From: Eledone cirrhosa
Lineage: Eukaryota
Reading direction: 5' to 3'
DNA length: 64,000 nt
Assembly: GCA_964016885.1 (NCBI GenBank)
Contig: OZ024742.1
Location: forward strand, 305,908,001-305,972,000
Part shown: positions 30,767 through 43,609 of the stretch, piece after piece
Numbering within the stretch: the first letter of the stretch is position 1
Layout: every line of letters begins with the position of its first letter
The notes under the pieces: generated by a model
Seen by the model: only the letters and a program-made list of their open reading frames with translations
What the model was told of the DNA's origin: nothing
Databases searched by the model: none
Translations under genes and position numbers: made by a program

Positions 30767-31269
30767 GTAGTCCAATTAAATTTATGTTGTATATTAAACA
30801 ATCTATAACAGTAAACATTGGCAAATGTTTTTTTATAAATAAAGTTTTAGGCAAAATAACATGAAAAGCAACTTCTTTAAAATGTAGTTAATTATCATTC
30901 CATTGAATGAATGAAATGCAGTGCTTTATTATAGTCTAATGCCGTGTTATCGAAGGTACTCTTATTCTGTGACAACTTAGATATTTGTAACCAATATATC
31001 TTTAATTAAGTTTCTAACACATCGGTAGGGTGACAAGAGGCAGTACTAATATATGTAGACCTCTCCATAGATTTAATAAAAATGCGTTTCTATGTCAAAT
31101 ATATGTAAAATCTATGAAATCATCGGTGATTTAGTTATTTGTAAGGATAATGTAATTTGCAGAAAATATGGGTATATTCCCTAATCCGACTCCAGCTAAT
31201 GGTTTCAAAAGCAAGACTAATTTACAACATCGAAACCAACGACTTTAACCTCAGAAGAGACGCCAGAAA

Positions 31270-31470
31270 ATTATCTGGAACGTGAAGCCAAATATTGCTG
31301 AGAATGTAACAGATTTAATTAATAAACGTTTCTCCCTTAAGCATAGATGAGTAAAATATTTAATAAGAAGAATCTTAAACCGAATTACAATACTAACATT
31401 AATCATTTTATAATAATCAAACCTAATATTCCTGAGCCTAAATGTATATGCAGAAGTACTCGAGCATTCT
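31270..31470 (+). mobile_element. old Penelope-like (Naiad-type) fragment
   Basis: NIAENVTDLINKRFSLKHR / SKIFNKKNLK...PKCICRS parallels the thumb-to-CxC linker of the 38-40 kb PLE. Confidence 0.5.
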
Positions 31471-31823
31471 CAAATACACGAAGTAGAATTAGCCACCAAC
31501 AAAAACCAAAAGACATATATATATATATACTATAAAGTATGTCCATAGAATCATTTGATAATATATATACACCATTTCCTCTCCCAATTAGCATAATCAA
31601 CCACACAAAAAATTAATTAAACCAGGCTATAAGATTAAAAGGCACCTATGAAGAAATAGTAGATAAATAAACGACAGCAATCTATTCGGGACCAACCGCT
31701 ATAGAATATTTACCCAACATTACAATAGCACGTGGAAATCGATTAAATATACCGTCAACCATACACAATTAGGTACAAAATAAAAGTTAGAAGAAAAAAT
31801 GCATATACACATACTAGGATTAT

Positions 31824-31904
31824 ATTTCTACCCTTAGGGTTTCGTTCGCTTTTGGAAATATCCTATCAAGGATAAAATCTCGAGCTTCGAACTCATCAGG
31901 AAAC
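31824..31904 (-). ncRNA. type-I hammerhead ribozyme with expanded stem II
   Basis: Minus: GTTTC-CTGATGA-GTTCG [insert] CGAAC-GAAA-CCC taa GGG-TA-GAAAT. Confidence 0.85.
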
Positions 31905-32420
31905 AAACTCATTTTGACAAAGAATTTTCTTAAGTGATCCCCGCCAGAAACGAATCCAAAATGGCTAAGAACTGTGATGTGGCAGTGGTCAAGTCAGAAA
32001 GAATGTGATTGGTTGCTTACGGCGAGTGGGCTGATTGTATAGAAAGCGCAGCCCAATATTGCCCAAATTGCATCTTAACCTTATGGGAGATTATTAAATA
32101 TAAAGATTTACATATACACAAACTAGACAAAGTCACATATATAGATGTTTTGGCAAACATTCACGATGTGGCTCAATGATGAATTAATAAATTAAATAAT
32201 CAGAGCAATATACTATAAAGTATATATATATATATGACAAAGAAAATGTGGTAAGAAACCAGGTGGACCATAACGCACCAGAGTACTCGATACTTAGGAT
32301 AGTAGGGTGAGTAATAGGAAAAGAGTCAGGACCCCGACGGCTGAGGTCCGGCGGTTTCGACAGCTAGAATCGAACTAGATGTCGAAACGGCCGGAGCTCA
32401 GCCGTCGGAGCCCTGACTCT

Positions 32421-32494
<74 letters not shown>

Positions 32495-32586
32495 CGTTTC
32501 TCATGTGATATTATACTCTGCTCTATGAGAGCATCGAGTGCTCAAACGGCCTACCGCCTACGGACGCTTTAAGCATCCCACGCCAA

Positions 32587-32707
<121 letters not shown>

Positions 32708-33533
32708 CACACACATATATGTATATATGCGAGTGTGGTTTGGGGTGCATGAAATTGAATATATGGAAGTTATACATGACTAAGCTAGATTCAATATAAT
32801 CCTACTATACATACACACATATTCTTGCTGCAAAATGAGTGTATGTGATGTGTGGGTAGATGTATTGAAATCAATATTACTAACGAATTTGCTTGAAATC
32901 ACTTTGAATTGACAAGAAAATAATTCTGGTAAACAGAGGATAGAGTTTGCGAAACAAATACTGGCGTACCGTTATATATCTTCGAAATGCAACATATATG
33001 ACTATACTGGCGGGAATAACACTACGTTCATATTACTATTACAATATTATTACCATATATGGCGAGATGCCCTTTTTGCCACGAGGGAAAAGAAAGATTT
33101 GTCTATATATTCACCAAAAGTTAAGATTGGGTGACCTTTGGCAGGGTCATAAGTTGATATGATAACAGATGTTGTCGGCTATTATAATCTGAGCCGGACT
33201 CCAAATAAGATATCCTCCCCGGAGAGTTTTTGGCATAATACCAAAATGGCTGAAGCCGATCTCTACCTTTCAATGAATGACAAGCGTCTTGCGATGTATG
33301 AATCAACAACAATAACAACAAAAACAATAACAACAACAGCAATAACAACAACGAAAACAAAACGTGAAGAAGAAGAAGAAGAAGAAGAAGAAGAAGAAGA
33401 AGAAGAAGAAGAAGAAGAAGAAGAAGAAGAAGAAGAAGAAGAAACAAAAAATGAAAATAATGGATGAAAAATTGGAAGAGGAAGGTGAAGCAAGAATGAA
33501 CAATAAGACATAAAGAAGGAGAGAAAGAGGGTG

Positions 33534-33574
<41 letters not shown>

Positions 33575-33899
33575 GAGAAAGGGAGAGAGAGAGAAAGAGA
33601 GAGTAAGATAGAAGAGGAAAATAAATATTAAAGGAAAGCAATGAGTACGAGGAAAAGTGTAGAGTGATGAAATGGATGGAATCATAAAAGCAGAATATTT
33701 CTGGCAGAACTACAAAACTACAAATAATGAAAATGTTGAAGTATACCATTATTATACGTAAACAAATCCTGCGGCGGTATATATATATATACACATATAT
33801 ACAGAGAGAGAGAGAGAGCGAGAGAGAGAGAGAGAGAGAGAGATAAATAGATATAGATATATCTGTAGATGTATAAGTAGATATATATTTATATATATA

Positions 33900-33975
<76 letters not shown>

Positions 33976-34081
33976 TATATATATACACACAAACAAACAC
34001 CCCCACACCACTACACTGACATGCACACAAACACAGCCACACACACTTGAAAATGTACGAATTTAAATAAGTTTATACTGA

Positions 34082-34113
<32 letters not shown>

Positions 34114-34738
34114 ACACACACACACATACACACACATACACACACATATATATATATGTGTGTGTGTTCAGTATGTACTTACATAATTTCGTACATTTTG
34201 GACTGTTCTTTTCGATTAAAATTATGGTGCCGAACTTTACATGGATACTAATTTCCATAGACGGAAATTTACACTACATATGCAAAAAACTAATAACTAT
34301 TTATATGAATAGAACTAAAACAATGAAATACTGTAACTATACCAATGATTCTTGCACATAATAACACACTTCTCCCTACTAAAACATAAATATAGCCGCT
34401 CTATCATTATAAATATTTCAACTAACTTACATTAAAATACGATAACGTAGACATATTAATTTCTTTATAGTATTTCTTATGTTCAAGATATAACGTAAAT
34501 GCATAAATGGTGATCTCTTACACTCACAAGAAACATTTTCGCATTTCTTTTACACGAGTGTGTCTGTATATATATATATTTAATGTAGGAGGTGAGTTTT
34601 ATTGTAGCACAATAAAGGAATGCTAATATTGGATAAGTAGCACTCCACAGTTTATAGGACTGGAGTATAAAAATAATATAAGATCAAAAGATGGTTAAAA
34701 GATGGTTATACTCGGAACTCTTTTAACCATCTTTTGAT

Positions 34739-34812
<74 letters not shown>

Positions 34813-34813
<1 letters not shown>

Positions 34814-35185
34814 CCAGCCAGGAGTGACCGATATGTTGGCATGACCCAGGACAGGTTCAAAACCAGATTTTATGCACATGTCGCTTCTTTTAAACACCCT
34901 GATAAAAGAACAGCAACGGCTCTCGCAAATAAGGTGTGGGAATTCAAGGATAAAAACATCCCGTACTCTATCGATTGGTCTATTTTAGACCATTCGAGGG
35001 AGTACCAAAGGGGCACAAAGAATTGTTCTTTGTGTACCACGGAAAAATTTAGGATTTTACAAAACTTGAAAGCCACTTCAACTTGCCTGAACTCCAAGAC
35101 CGAGATCTTCAGATGTTGTCCTCACCTGAAATCACATCTGATCTGTAACTGGATTGACATTCCTACAATGACTCAACCACCTTGA
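34813..35185 (+). pseudogene. PLE GIY-YIG endonuclease 3' fragment
   Basis: YVGMTQDRFKTRFYAH...TALANKVWEFK...CSLCTTEK...LNSKTEI..CPH; 5' truncated at (TA)n. Confidence 0.85.
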
Positions 35186-35752
35186 ACTTGTTCTCTGCTC
35201 TCTACGCCTTACATCCACTACGATTTTTATTTCTCTCTGAACTCACTTGCTGTACTCTTTTATTCTTTTTCTCCCTTATCTCCCCTTGTATTTAAACATT
35301 TTACTATGTTATTTATTTTTTATATATTTTCATATATGTGTATATGTTTTATATATATATATAATAACCATCAAAACGGCTTGAGCTCTGCCGTCGGGGT
35401 CATACTTTTTCCTATGTATATGTATATATATATATGTATGTGTATATATATATATATATATGTGTGTGTATTTGTATGGTTGTCTTTGTGTATGTGTGTG
35501 TATGTGTAAATATATATGTGTGTATGTGTATATATATATGTGTGTATGTATGTGCTTAATTACATACAGAGGGATTAAATGTTTATTTTCATTGATCATT
35601 TGCTCCAGGAACTTGTTGAGTGCTCTAAATCAGCTATAAACATTTATACATTTATCTATTTATTTATTTATTTATTATTTGTCGTATTCCCAACTATTTG
35701 TTTACCCCTTCCACCTTTTTATTTTTATATATATATAATATTTATGTATTTT

Positions 35753-35795
<43 letters not shown>

Positions 35796-35835
35796 GTTTT
35801 TTAAAAATCCAATTCAATAAATAGACCAGGATTTT

Positions 35836-35895
35836 TTTTATTCTGATGATTGAAAGCAACATTTTTTGCTTTTAAGAAACCACTGGTAAATGGAA
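35836..35895 (+). ncRNA. type-I hammerhead ribozyme downstream of the PLE fragment
   Basis: TTTTATT-CTGATGA-TTGAAAGCAA catttt TTGCTTTTAA-GAAA-CCA c TGG-TA-AATGGAA. Confidence 0.82.
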
Positions 35896-36130
35896 TAATT
35901 GCCTTATGTTGTTTATTACATAACTATATATATATATATATATATAATACACGCACATAGAACAAACAACCAACCAGTAACATGTAAATAAACAAATAAA
36001 TAAACAAATATAAACACACACAGACACCCGGATGTAACACATGCGCAAACTAAGCACACAACACACACAAAAACAAGATGGCGTAGGACAGAACAAAGGA
36101 GAGGCACAAAAACAAAGAAAAGAATCCCCA

Positions 36131-36173
36131 GTCACTGAAGAGGTAACAGAATGTGTGACGAAAGAACTTTGAC
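36131..36173 (+). ncRNA. degenerate hammerhead ribozyme
   Basis: GTCA-CTGAAGA-(imperfect stem II)-GAAA-GAAC-TT-TGAC, inside a ~240-bp unit with short direct repeats (TAGAAC..CAACCAACC at about 35958 and 36198). Confidence 0.5.
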
Positions 36174-36660
36174 AATATATAAACAATCATCTGGTTGTAG
36201 AACCAAGCAACCAACCGGAAATTTATAAATTCCTAAATTTATAAATTTATTATAATAAATTGAAGTGAAACTATGGTGCTTGTGTTTCTTATTGGCAACA
36301 TGACCCTCCCAAAGTATAACAATATATATATATATATATATATGTATATATCTGTGTATGTATGCGTGTGTGTATATATATATACATATATGTATGTAAA
36401 TGTATGTGTATATATGTGTATGTATAATTATATATATGTATGTATATGTGTGTGTATGTATTTATTTATTTATATGTATGTATGTGTAGGCGTAAATATG
36501 TGTGTATTGCTTACCACGCGTCTTTGTTTATTTATTTCTGTCCGTTCCTGTATCGCTGTCAACGTTATAATAACGTTTATTATTTGTTATTTTCTTAAGT
36601 CGTATATTTTTTTTTATTTTGATGTGACGGCCTTTTGTATTATATAATTATATATCTACC

Positions 36661-37235
36661 GTAAGTTAATTTTTAATTTTAAAAATTTTCTTATTTTACG
36701 TCTTTCATATAATTGTTCTGCATCCCCCTGCATAGAACCACAAAGGTACTAAGACATAACATATATATTTGCTAGCATGAGTATACATCTGTATACATAT
36801 GTTGGTAGATATACTAATTCTCTATATTTATCTCCAAATTATTTGTTGAGTAAAACTTGCCAAAATTTACTGCTGTGATTCACGGTAGTAGTAGGCTATT
36901 GTCATAATACCACCCCACTCCTCACTGATTAACCTCAGTGTCACGTGATTGATCCTTTAAAATCTGCCACTGACCAAAGAGGCAGTGAATTTTTTCAGTG
37001 CTTTGGAATTTAGTCCCCGCTAGCTTTGTTCCATCCACTGAATTATTATTTTTATATGGGTTCCTAGTGTCCGCGCATTGCCTGGGAACTTAGCTGAGAA
37101 TAGACTCCCTGATGACGTAAGGAATTCTCTATAGTTATCTTACGTAACTATATTTATCCCCTTAAAGGAACTAATTAGTTGGAGTGAAAATTTTAGTAAG
37201 TTAATTTTTAATTTTTAAAATGTTCTTATTTTACG

Positions 37236-37240
<5 letters not shown>
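36661..37240 (+). mobile_element. ~535-bp unit with ~45-bp terminal direct repeats and a degenerate hammerhead (37104-37185)
   Basis: GTAAGTTAATTTTTAATTTT...TTACGTCTTT at 36661 and 37196; ACTCC-CTGATGA...GGAA-CTAATTAG-TT-GGAGT (GAAA mutated to GGAA). Confidence 0.55.
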
Positions 37241-37297
<57 letters not shown>

Positions 37298-37474
37298 AGA
37301 AGCAAAAAATAGCTTATTGTAATCCAGTTTTTGGTTAAGAAAGCCAGTTTCTTGGATGGTTTCAACGTACGGTTAGGGGTAACTCCACAAGTTTGTAAGA
37401 ATTCCGTTCAATCTTGGAGTATAAGTATAAAAGAGAAAACACAGGTAAGCATTAAGAGAAGGATTTAATCCAGG

Positions 37475-37576
37475 TATTTACGACCGTTTCATTGGTAAGT
37501 GCAACCTTATATTGCTATACTGCAAATAGCAGCCACTTAATTATAATTGTTGTTCACAGTCCAAATTTTCAAAATA
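37475..37576 (-). ncRNA. variant (U3-A8) hammerhead candidate in the PLE pseudo-LTR
   Basis: Reverse complement of the 43978-44079 motif. Confidence 0.5.
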
Positions 37577-37951
37577 GTGATTTACTCTTGAAATAGTTTT
37601 TAATATATAGAGAAAAACATTTATTTGGAATTGTATTTACTAGTATAGAGAGAGAGGAATCAGGAGGTGAGAGGACAGACGGCATAGTATAGAGAGAGAG
37701 GAAGGGGGAAGAGGTAGGAAGTAGAATGACAAACTGAGGGGGAGGTAGGGGTAGAGATGGAAGTATTCTTTGGTCAGTTTTGATAGCAGACATCATGTCG
37801 TGGAGTGTAGTGAGTTAAGGAGAATTAAATAGATAATAGTGGGAGGGAGGGATAGAGAGGGAGAGAGGGAGGGGGGGGGGGAGATATAAAGAGATAAATA
37901 TATATATATACACACATACATACATACACATACACACATATACACACACAT

Positions 37952-37992
<41 letters not shown>

Positions 37993-38037
37993 TATATACA
38001 TACATACACACACACACACATATACACATATATATAT

Positions 38038-38116
<79 letters not shown>

Positions 38117-38329
38117 GATAATAATGACAAAAATAAAAGCAAAGAAGGGGTGAGAAGGAAGAAAGGAAAAGATAGCCAAGAAGAGGGAAGGAAGGAAGAA
38201 AACGAAGAAATAGAAGAGGAATGAGGGAGAAAGTGGGGGGGATATATATATTGGTTTTGTGGGTAATTAAAGGGTCTAGATATAAGAGGGTATAAAGTCT
38301 AAGTATATGCAGTTTGTCAGTTGGTAGTG

Positions 38330-40560
38330 AGAGGTTAAGTGTTCGATTTGTAGTGCGAACATTTCTCTTTGAGTCTATGGTTACAATAAATTGATCTCTC
38401 AATTTTATTGTTGAGTAACCTATTCTTCGAACTTCAGATGTGGAACAGCTCAAGGTTGCATAATCGACAGCTTCTCATACCACTCCGATATGGGGGCGCG
38501 TTTGATAATTTTTTCCTCTTCAGGGTGTATTGATGGTTACTTTCCCTCAGTTGCCAGGTCTTGTTTGCAAGGGTAGTTACATAACGGTGCTGGGAATGTT
38601 TCATTGCGTAACGGTGTGTATACCAACGAGCTTTAAAAGTATTCCCAGTCGCTCCGATGTAATACCATTTCTGGTGTCTGATTCCACTGTGCATTGGTAA
38701 ACCAGGTTAGACTGCATACATTCATTTTGTAATGGACAGGTTTCAGGTAGGTGGCAGTTGCATTTCTTGTTATGGGCAACTTTGGCATTATTTGTGGGCT
38801 GCGATGCCTGAACAAGTGTGTTACGTTTTGTTTGCCTATTAGCGGGTGTTTGTGTATTAGATATTATGTTGTGTTCGGTGGTAATTGTATTGTTATTGTT
38901 GTAAATTTGTGTTTTGGTGTAGTTATGTATCTTTTTAGCGTTAAGCATCTTAACGTGTGCTTCTATATTTGGTGCCGTGGAGTAGGATAGTCTAATAGAT
39001 TTAGTGTTAAGGATTTTGCTGTATCTATGTGAATCCGGAAAGTGCCTATTTATTATTCTAAAGAAAGTAGAGGGTAGGTTAGTACTAATAGAGGTGTTAA
39101 ATATGGGGTTATACCAAATATATTTTCTACTGCGTGACTTGTTTGATTTCGATGTTGTACTTCTATTTGCCGTATACTTTGCGGTTCTATGCGTAAATAT
39201 GTGTATGCGTGTGTTTCTGGAGTTTGTGTTATGCGTGTTCGTGTGTGCTTAACAGAGGCTTTCATCTATATATTCTACTCTATCTAAGTGGCCTGCCTTG
39301 TCTAATGCGGTATTGTAGTATTCTGCATGTTCTTCGAAGATTTGCCGGTTAGATGAGAGGCGGGAGATCCTAAGGGATATGCTGCGTGGAATGGATTTAA
39401 TTATTGATAGTGGGTGGTTTGAGCTACAGTTGATGTATGCTAAGTTCTCATTAATCTTGTAAAAAGGTCTTATAAGTCCCGTATTTAGGTTAAGCGTCAC
39501 ATCTAGAAAGTTAACTGTTTTAGTGCTTTAATGATAAGTTATGCTAAGGGCTAGTTTTCCGAGAGTCTTTCTAATACTCTTACGGAGTCTTTCTATGCTC
39601 TGGTTATTTAGGTTCTTAACTAGGAGAAGGGCGTCGTCTCTGTAGATTCCACCGTGAAGGTCGCTAAACTCGCTTTGTAAACTATGGGCTATGTAAATAC
39701 CTACTAAGTCTGTGACTTGAGCCGAGTCGTTAGCCCCCATCGTGATGTCAAAGTTATTTAATCTATCCTTACGTTCCCAATAGGCGTTTTCAAATTTAAT
39801 TATTGTTTTCCTAGCAGCTAGTATGATTTTTATCTCGTCGTCTGTTATGTCAGAATTGGCTTTGGCGAATGCTAAGGCTTTATCTAAGGTGTTGGGGGAT
39901 ATAGATGAGTAATAATCGTTAATGTCAAATTGTATAAATTTAGATACTTCCTTGTTAGCTATATTGTTAAACCATTTAATTGTTTCGGTAGCGTTACCCC
40001 ATAGTTTAATCACTAGTTTATTCTTCATTTGTGCTATCACTCTGTCTAATATATGTTTACTAATTTTCCCGATGTCCGATTTAGATGGGCATATAAGTCT
40101 AATAGTCGGGTTATAATCAACATTTACCTTGTGGTCCTTGAGGTTAAATGTGGGGGTACATGGCTTAAGTCGTCTATTCCTAGGTGTTTGACTATATTGT
40201 GTGCCTCGTTGTTGATGTTTATCAGTGCCGCCTCATTTGTTTTTTTGTATTTCCTATGTAATTCTTTCCGTATGAAGCTATTGTATGTATTAACATCCAT
40301 CGTATACACATTGGTGGTTCGCAGCTTTTTTATGAATGTATTTATGTCATTCTGGAGTTTATTATTCCTCCGATTTTTGAATTTGATATTCATAATCATC
40401 TTCAGTAAGTCCTGTTCAAAGACATCCAGTTGAGGGTTGGTAGGTGGGTTTTTACACGATTTGAAGCCGTACGTTTCCTTGTTATATTCCACGGTGCGAC
40501 CATTACGTGCTTTGTCGAAATGGAAAGTTTTCCATCTAACTCTGCGTTTTCCATCTAACT
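38330..40560 (-). pseudogene. PLE polyprotein (RT + GIY-YIG), frameshifted
   Basis: FDINDYYSSI, ITMGANDSAQVTDLVG, YRDDAL, SNHP, CNCHLPETCPL..ECMQSNLVY, YIGATGNTFKARW, CRLCNLE. Confidence 0.92.
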
Positions 40561-40591
40561 TTGCTTTTATTTTTGTCATTATTATCTTTAT

Positions 40592-40667
<76 letters not shown>

Positions 40668-40901
40668 TTAGAAACACACAGATACATGCGGACACACACA
40701 TATATACATGAATGCATCCGCACCCAACTGTGAGTTAAGGGTGCCAACTTCACCGATGTTGCTCAATGAATGACTGGGACAGACCAATTCAGTTTGAACC
40801 AGACTAAACCAGTATCAGAGTTAAAAATACATTATGAAGAGAGAAGAAACATTTAGATATAATTAGTAATAAAATGTATCATACCTAAACTGTTCCTAAA
40901 T

Positions 40902-40989
40902 TCCTCGACTACGTAGTTTCGTGGCATAAACAAAAACAATATATCAAAGATATAGAGTCCTTGCGAGGTCTGCCGACTTATCAAGAGGA
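40902..40989 (-). ncRNA. hammerhead ribozyme, U3-A8 core variant (array copy 1)
   Basis: Reverse complement of 42373-42460. Confidence 0.75.
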
Positions 40990-41492
40990 TACCTCATTTT
41001 ACTAGTCTCAAGAACGCGTCTACACGACGTGAGAAAGAATCCCAAAAGGCGGAGGGGGAGATAGTCACGCGATATAACGGTCGAGAAACAGAGCTAAGCC
41101 TCTTATAACCACGAAAAAAATACCACGGAGGCGGAGGGGGTATTCATATCGAGGCCGTAGAAGAGGTAGTGAAGAAGGCGAGAAGTATGAGTAATGGAAG
41201 CTTTCCAGTTGTCCCCACACTTCAAAGATTGCTCGACCAGAGGGAGTTATTAATACATTTAGAAACACACAGATACATGCGGACACACACATATATACAT
41301 GAATGCATCCGCACCCAACTGTGAGTTAAGGGTGCCAACTTCACCGATGTTGCTCAATGAATGACTGGGACAGACCAATTCAGTTTGAACCAGACTGAAC
41401 CAGTATCAGAGTTAAAAATACATTATGAAGAGAGAAGAAACATTTAGATATAATTAGTAATAAAATGTATCATACCTAAACTGTTCCTAAAT

Positions 41493-41580
41493 TCCTCGAC
41501 TACGTAGTTTCGTGGCATAAACAAAAACAATATATCAAAGATATAGAGTCCTTGCGAGGTCTGCCGACTTATCAAGAGGA
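41493..41580 (-). ncRNA. hammerhead ribozyme, U3-A8 core variant (array copy 2)
   Basis: Reverse complement of 42373-42460. Confidence 0.75.
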
Positions 41581-42372
41581 TACCTCATTTTACTAGTCTC
41601 AAGAACGCGTCTACACGACGTGAGAAATAATCCCAAAAAGCGGAGGGGGAGATAGTCACGCGATATAACGGTCGAGAAACAGAGCTAAGCCTCTTATAAC
41701 CACGAAAAAAATACCACGGAGGCGGAGGGGGTATTCATATCGAGGCCGTAGAAGAGGTAGTGAAGAAGGCGAGAAGTATGAGTAATGGAAGTTTTCCAGT
41801 TGTCCCCACACTTCAAAGATTGCTCGACCAGAGGGAGTTATTAATACATTTAGAAACACACAGATACATGCGGACACACACATATATACATGAATGCATC
41901 CGCACCCAACTGTGAGTTAAGGGTGCCAACTTCACCGATGTTGCTCAATGAATGACTGGGACAGACCAATTCAGTTTGAACCAGACTGAACCAGTATCAG
42001 AGTTAAAAATACATTATGAAGAGAGAAGAAACATTTAGATATAATTAGTAATAAAATGTATCATACCTAAACTGTTCCTCCGCATGTATCTGTGTGTTTC
42101 TAAATGTATTAATAACTCCCTCTGGTCGAGCAATCTTTGAAGTGTGGGGACAACTGGAAAGCTTCCATTACTCATACTTCTCGCCTTCTTCACTACCTCT
42201 TCTACGGCCTCGATATGAATACCCCCTCCGCCTGCGTGGTATTTTTTTCGTGGTTATAAGAGGCTTAGCTCTGTTTCTCGACCGTTATATCGCGTGACTA
42301 TCTCCCCCTCCGCCTTTTGGGATTATTTCTCACGTCGTGTAGACGCGTTCTTGAGACTAGTAAAATGAGGTA

Positions 42373-42460
42373 TCCTCTTGATAAGTCGGCAGACCTCGCA
42401 AGGACTCTATATCTTTGATATATTGTTTTTGTTTATGCCACGAAACTACGTAGTCGAGGA
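42373..42460 (+). ncRNA. hammerhead ribozyme, U3-A8 core variant (array copy 3)
   Basis: TCCTC-TTGATAA-GT c GGCA [insert] TGCC AC-GAAA-CTACGTAG-TC-GAGGA. Confidence 0.78.
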
Positions 42461-42962
42461 ATTTAGGAACAGTTTAGGTATGATACATTTTATTACTAAT
42501 TATATCTAAATGTTTCTTCTCTCTTCATAATGTATTTTTAACTCTGATACTGGTTCAGTCTGGTTCAAACTGAATTGGTCTGTCCCAGTCATTCATTGAG
42601 CAACATCGGTGAAGTTGGCACCCTTAACTCACAGTTGGGTGCGGATGCATTCATGTATATATGTGTGTGTCCGCATGTATCTGTGTATTTCTAAATGTAT
42701 TAATAACTCCCTCTGGTCGAGCAATCTTTGAAGTGTGGGGACAACTGGAAAGCTTCCATTACTCATACTTCTCGCCTTCTTCACTACCTCTTCTACGGCC
42801 TCGATATGAATACCCCCTCCGCCTCCGTGGTATTTTTTCGTGGTTATAAGAGGCTTAGCTCTGTTTCTCGACCGTTATATCGCGTGACTATCTCCCCCTC
42901 CGCCTTTTGGGATTCTTTCTCACGTCGTGTAGACGCGTTCTTGAGACTAGTAAAATGAGGTA

Positions 42963-43050
42963 TCCTCTTGATAAGTCGGCAGACCTCGCAAGGACTCTAT
43001 ATCTTTGATATATTGTTTTTGTTTATGCCACGAAACTACGTAGTCGAGGA
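42963..43050 (+). ncRNA. hammerhead ribozyme, U3-A8 core variant (array copy 4)
   Basis: Same sequence as 42373-42460. Confidence 0.78.
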
Positions 43051-43119
43051 ATTTAGGAACAGTTTAGGTATGATACATTTTATTACTAATTATATCTAAA
43101 TGTTTCTTCTCTCTTCATA

Positions 43120-43183
<64 letters not shown>

Positions 43184-43214
43184 ATATGTGTGTGTGTGTG
43201 TATGTATGTATATA

Positions 43215-43250
<36 letters not shown>

Positions 43251-43255
<5 letters not shown>

Positions 43256-43609
43256 GAAGATAAACACAGAATATTCGAAAATATTCTGTATGTTTATAAT
43301 AAACATTTTGAAGACCTAATCGCTATAGAATAGAATACGTCACGTATTACAATTTGAGATTCTCGATAAAAGCAAGGGAAGTAACCTACGCGTTTCATTC
43401 TTATTAGAAATCATCAGGATTACATATCCAGTGCTTTTATCGAGAATGACACAGCTAGAGACTTATAGAATACTTAGCTGTGTACAGGAACTGGTTTGAA
43501 AGAGCGGTTGCCGGTCCGGCAGAAATTAGAATTTGGATTTAATGCTCTGAAATAGCGATATATATATGTGAAGATAAACACAGAATATTCGAAAATATTC
43601 TGTATGTTT
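43251..43609 (-). mobile_element. retrozyme-like ~314-bp unit with 45-bp terminal direct repeats
   Basis: TATGTGAAGATAAACACAGAATATTCGAAAATATTCTGTATGTTT at 43251 and 43565; contains a hammerhead. Confidence 0.7.
43381..43423 (-). ncRNA. minimal type-I hammerhead ribozyme
   Basis: Minus: GTAATC-CTGATGA-t TTCT aata AGAA t-GAAA-CGCG-TA-GGTTAC; enclosed by a 16-bp inverted repeat 43359-43374/43432-43447. Confidence 0.88.

Larger units (their letters stand above)
40662..43124. repeat. 591-bp tandem unit: ~2.4 copies one way, ~1.8 copies inverted
   Basis: Unit starts 40662, 41253, 41844; inversion junction 42079/42080; near-identical copies; (TA)n on both sides. Confidence 0.95.

Noticed and set aside
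38434-38436. In-frame TGA near the PLE C-terminus as selenocysteine (some Naiad PLEs are selenoproteins)
   Set aside because: It aligns with a hydrophobic position, not a zinc-finger Cys; those Cys codons are normal; the copy has other lesions and I see no SECIS
41065-42849. Repeated 62-75 aa ORF (MCVSACICVFLNVL...) in the 591-bp unit
   Set aside because: No recognisable domain, non-ATG or microsatellite-derived starts, and frameshifted in one copy; recurs only because the unit repeats
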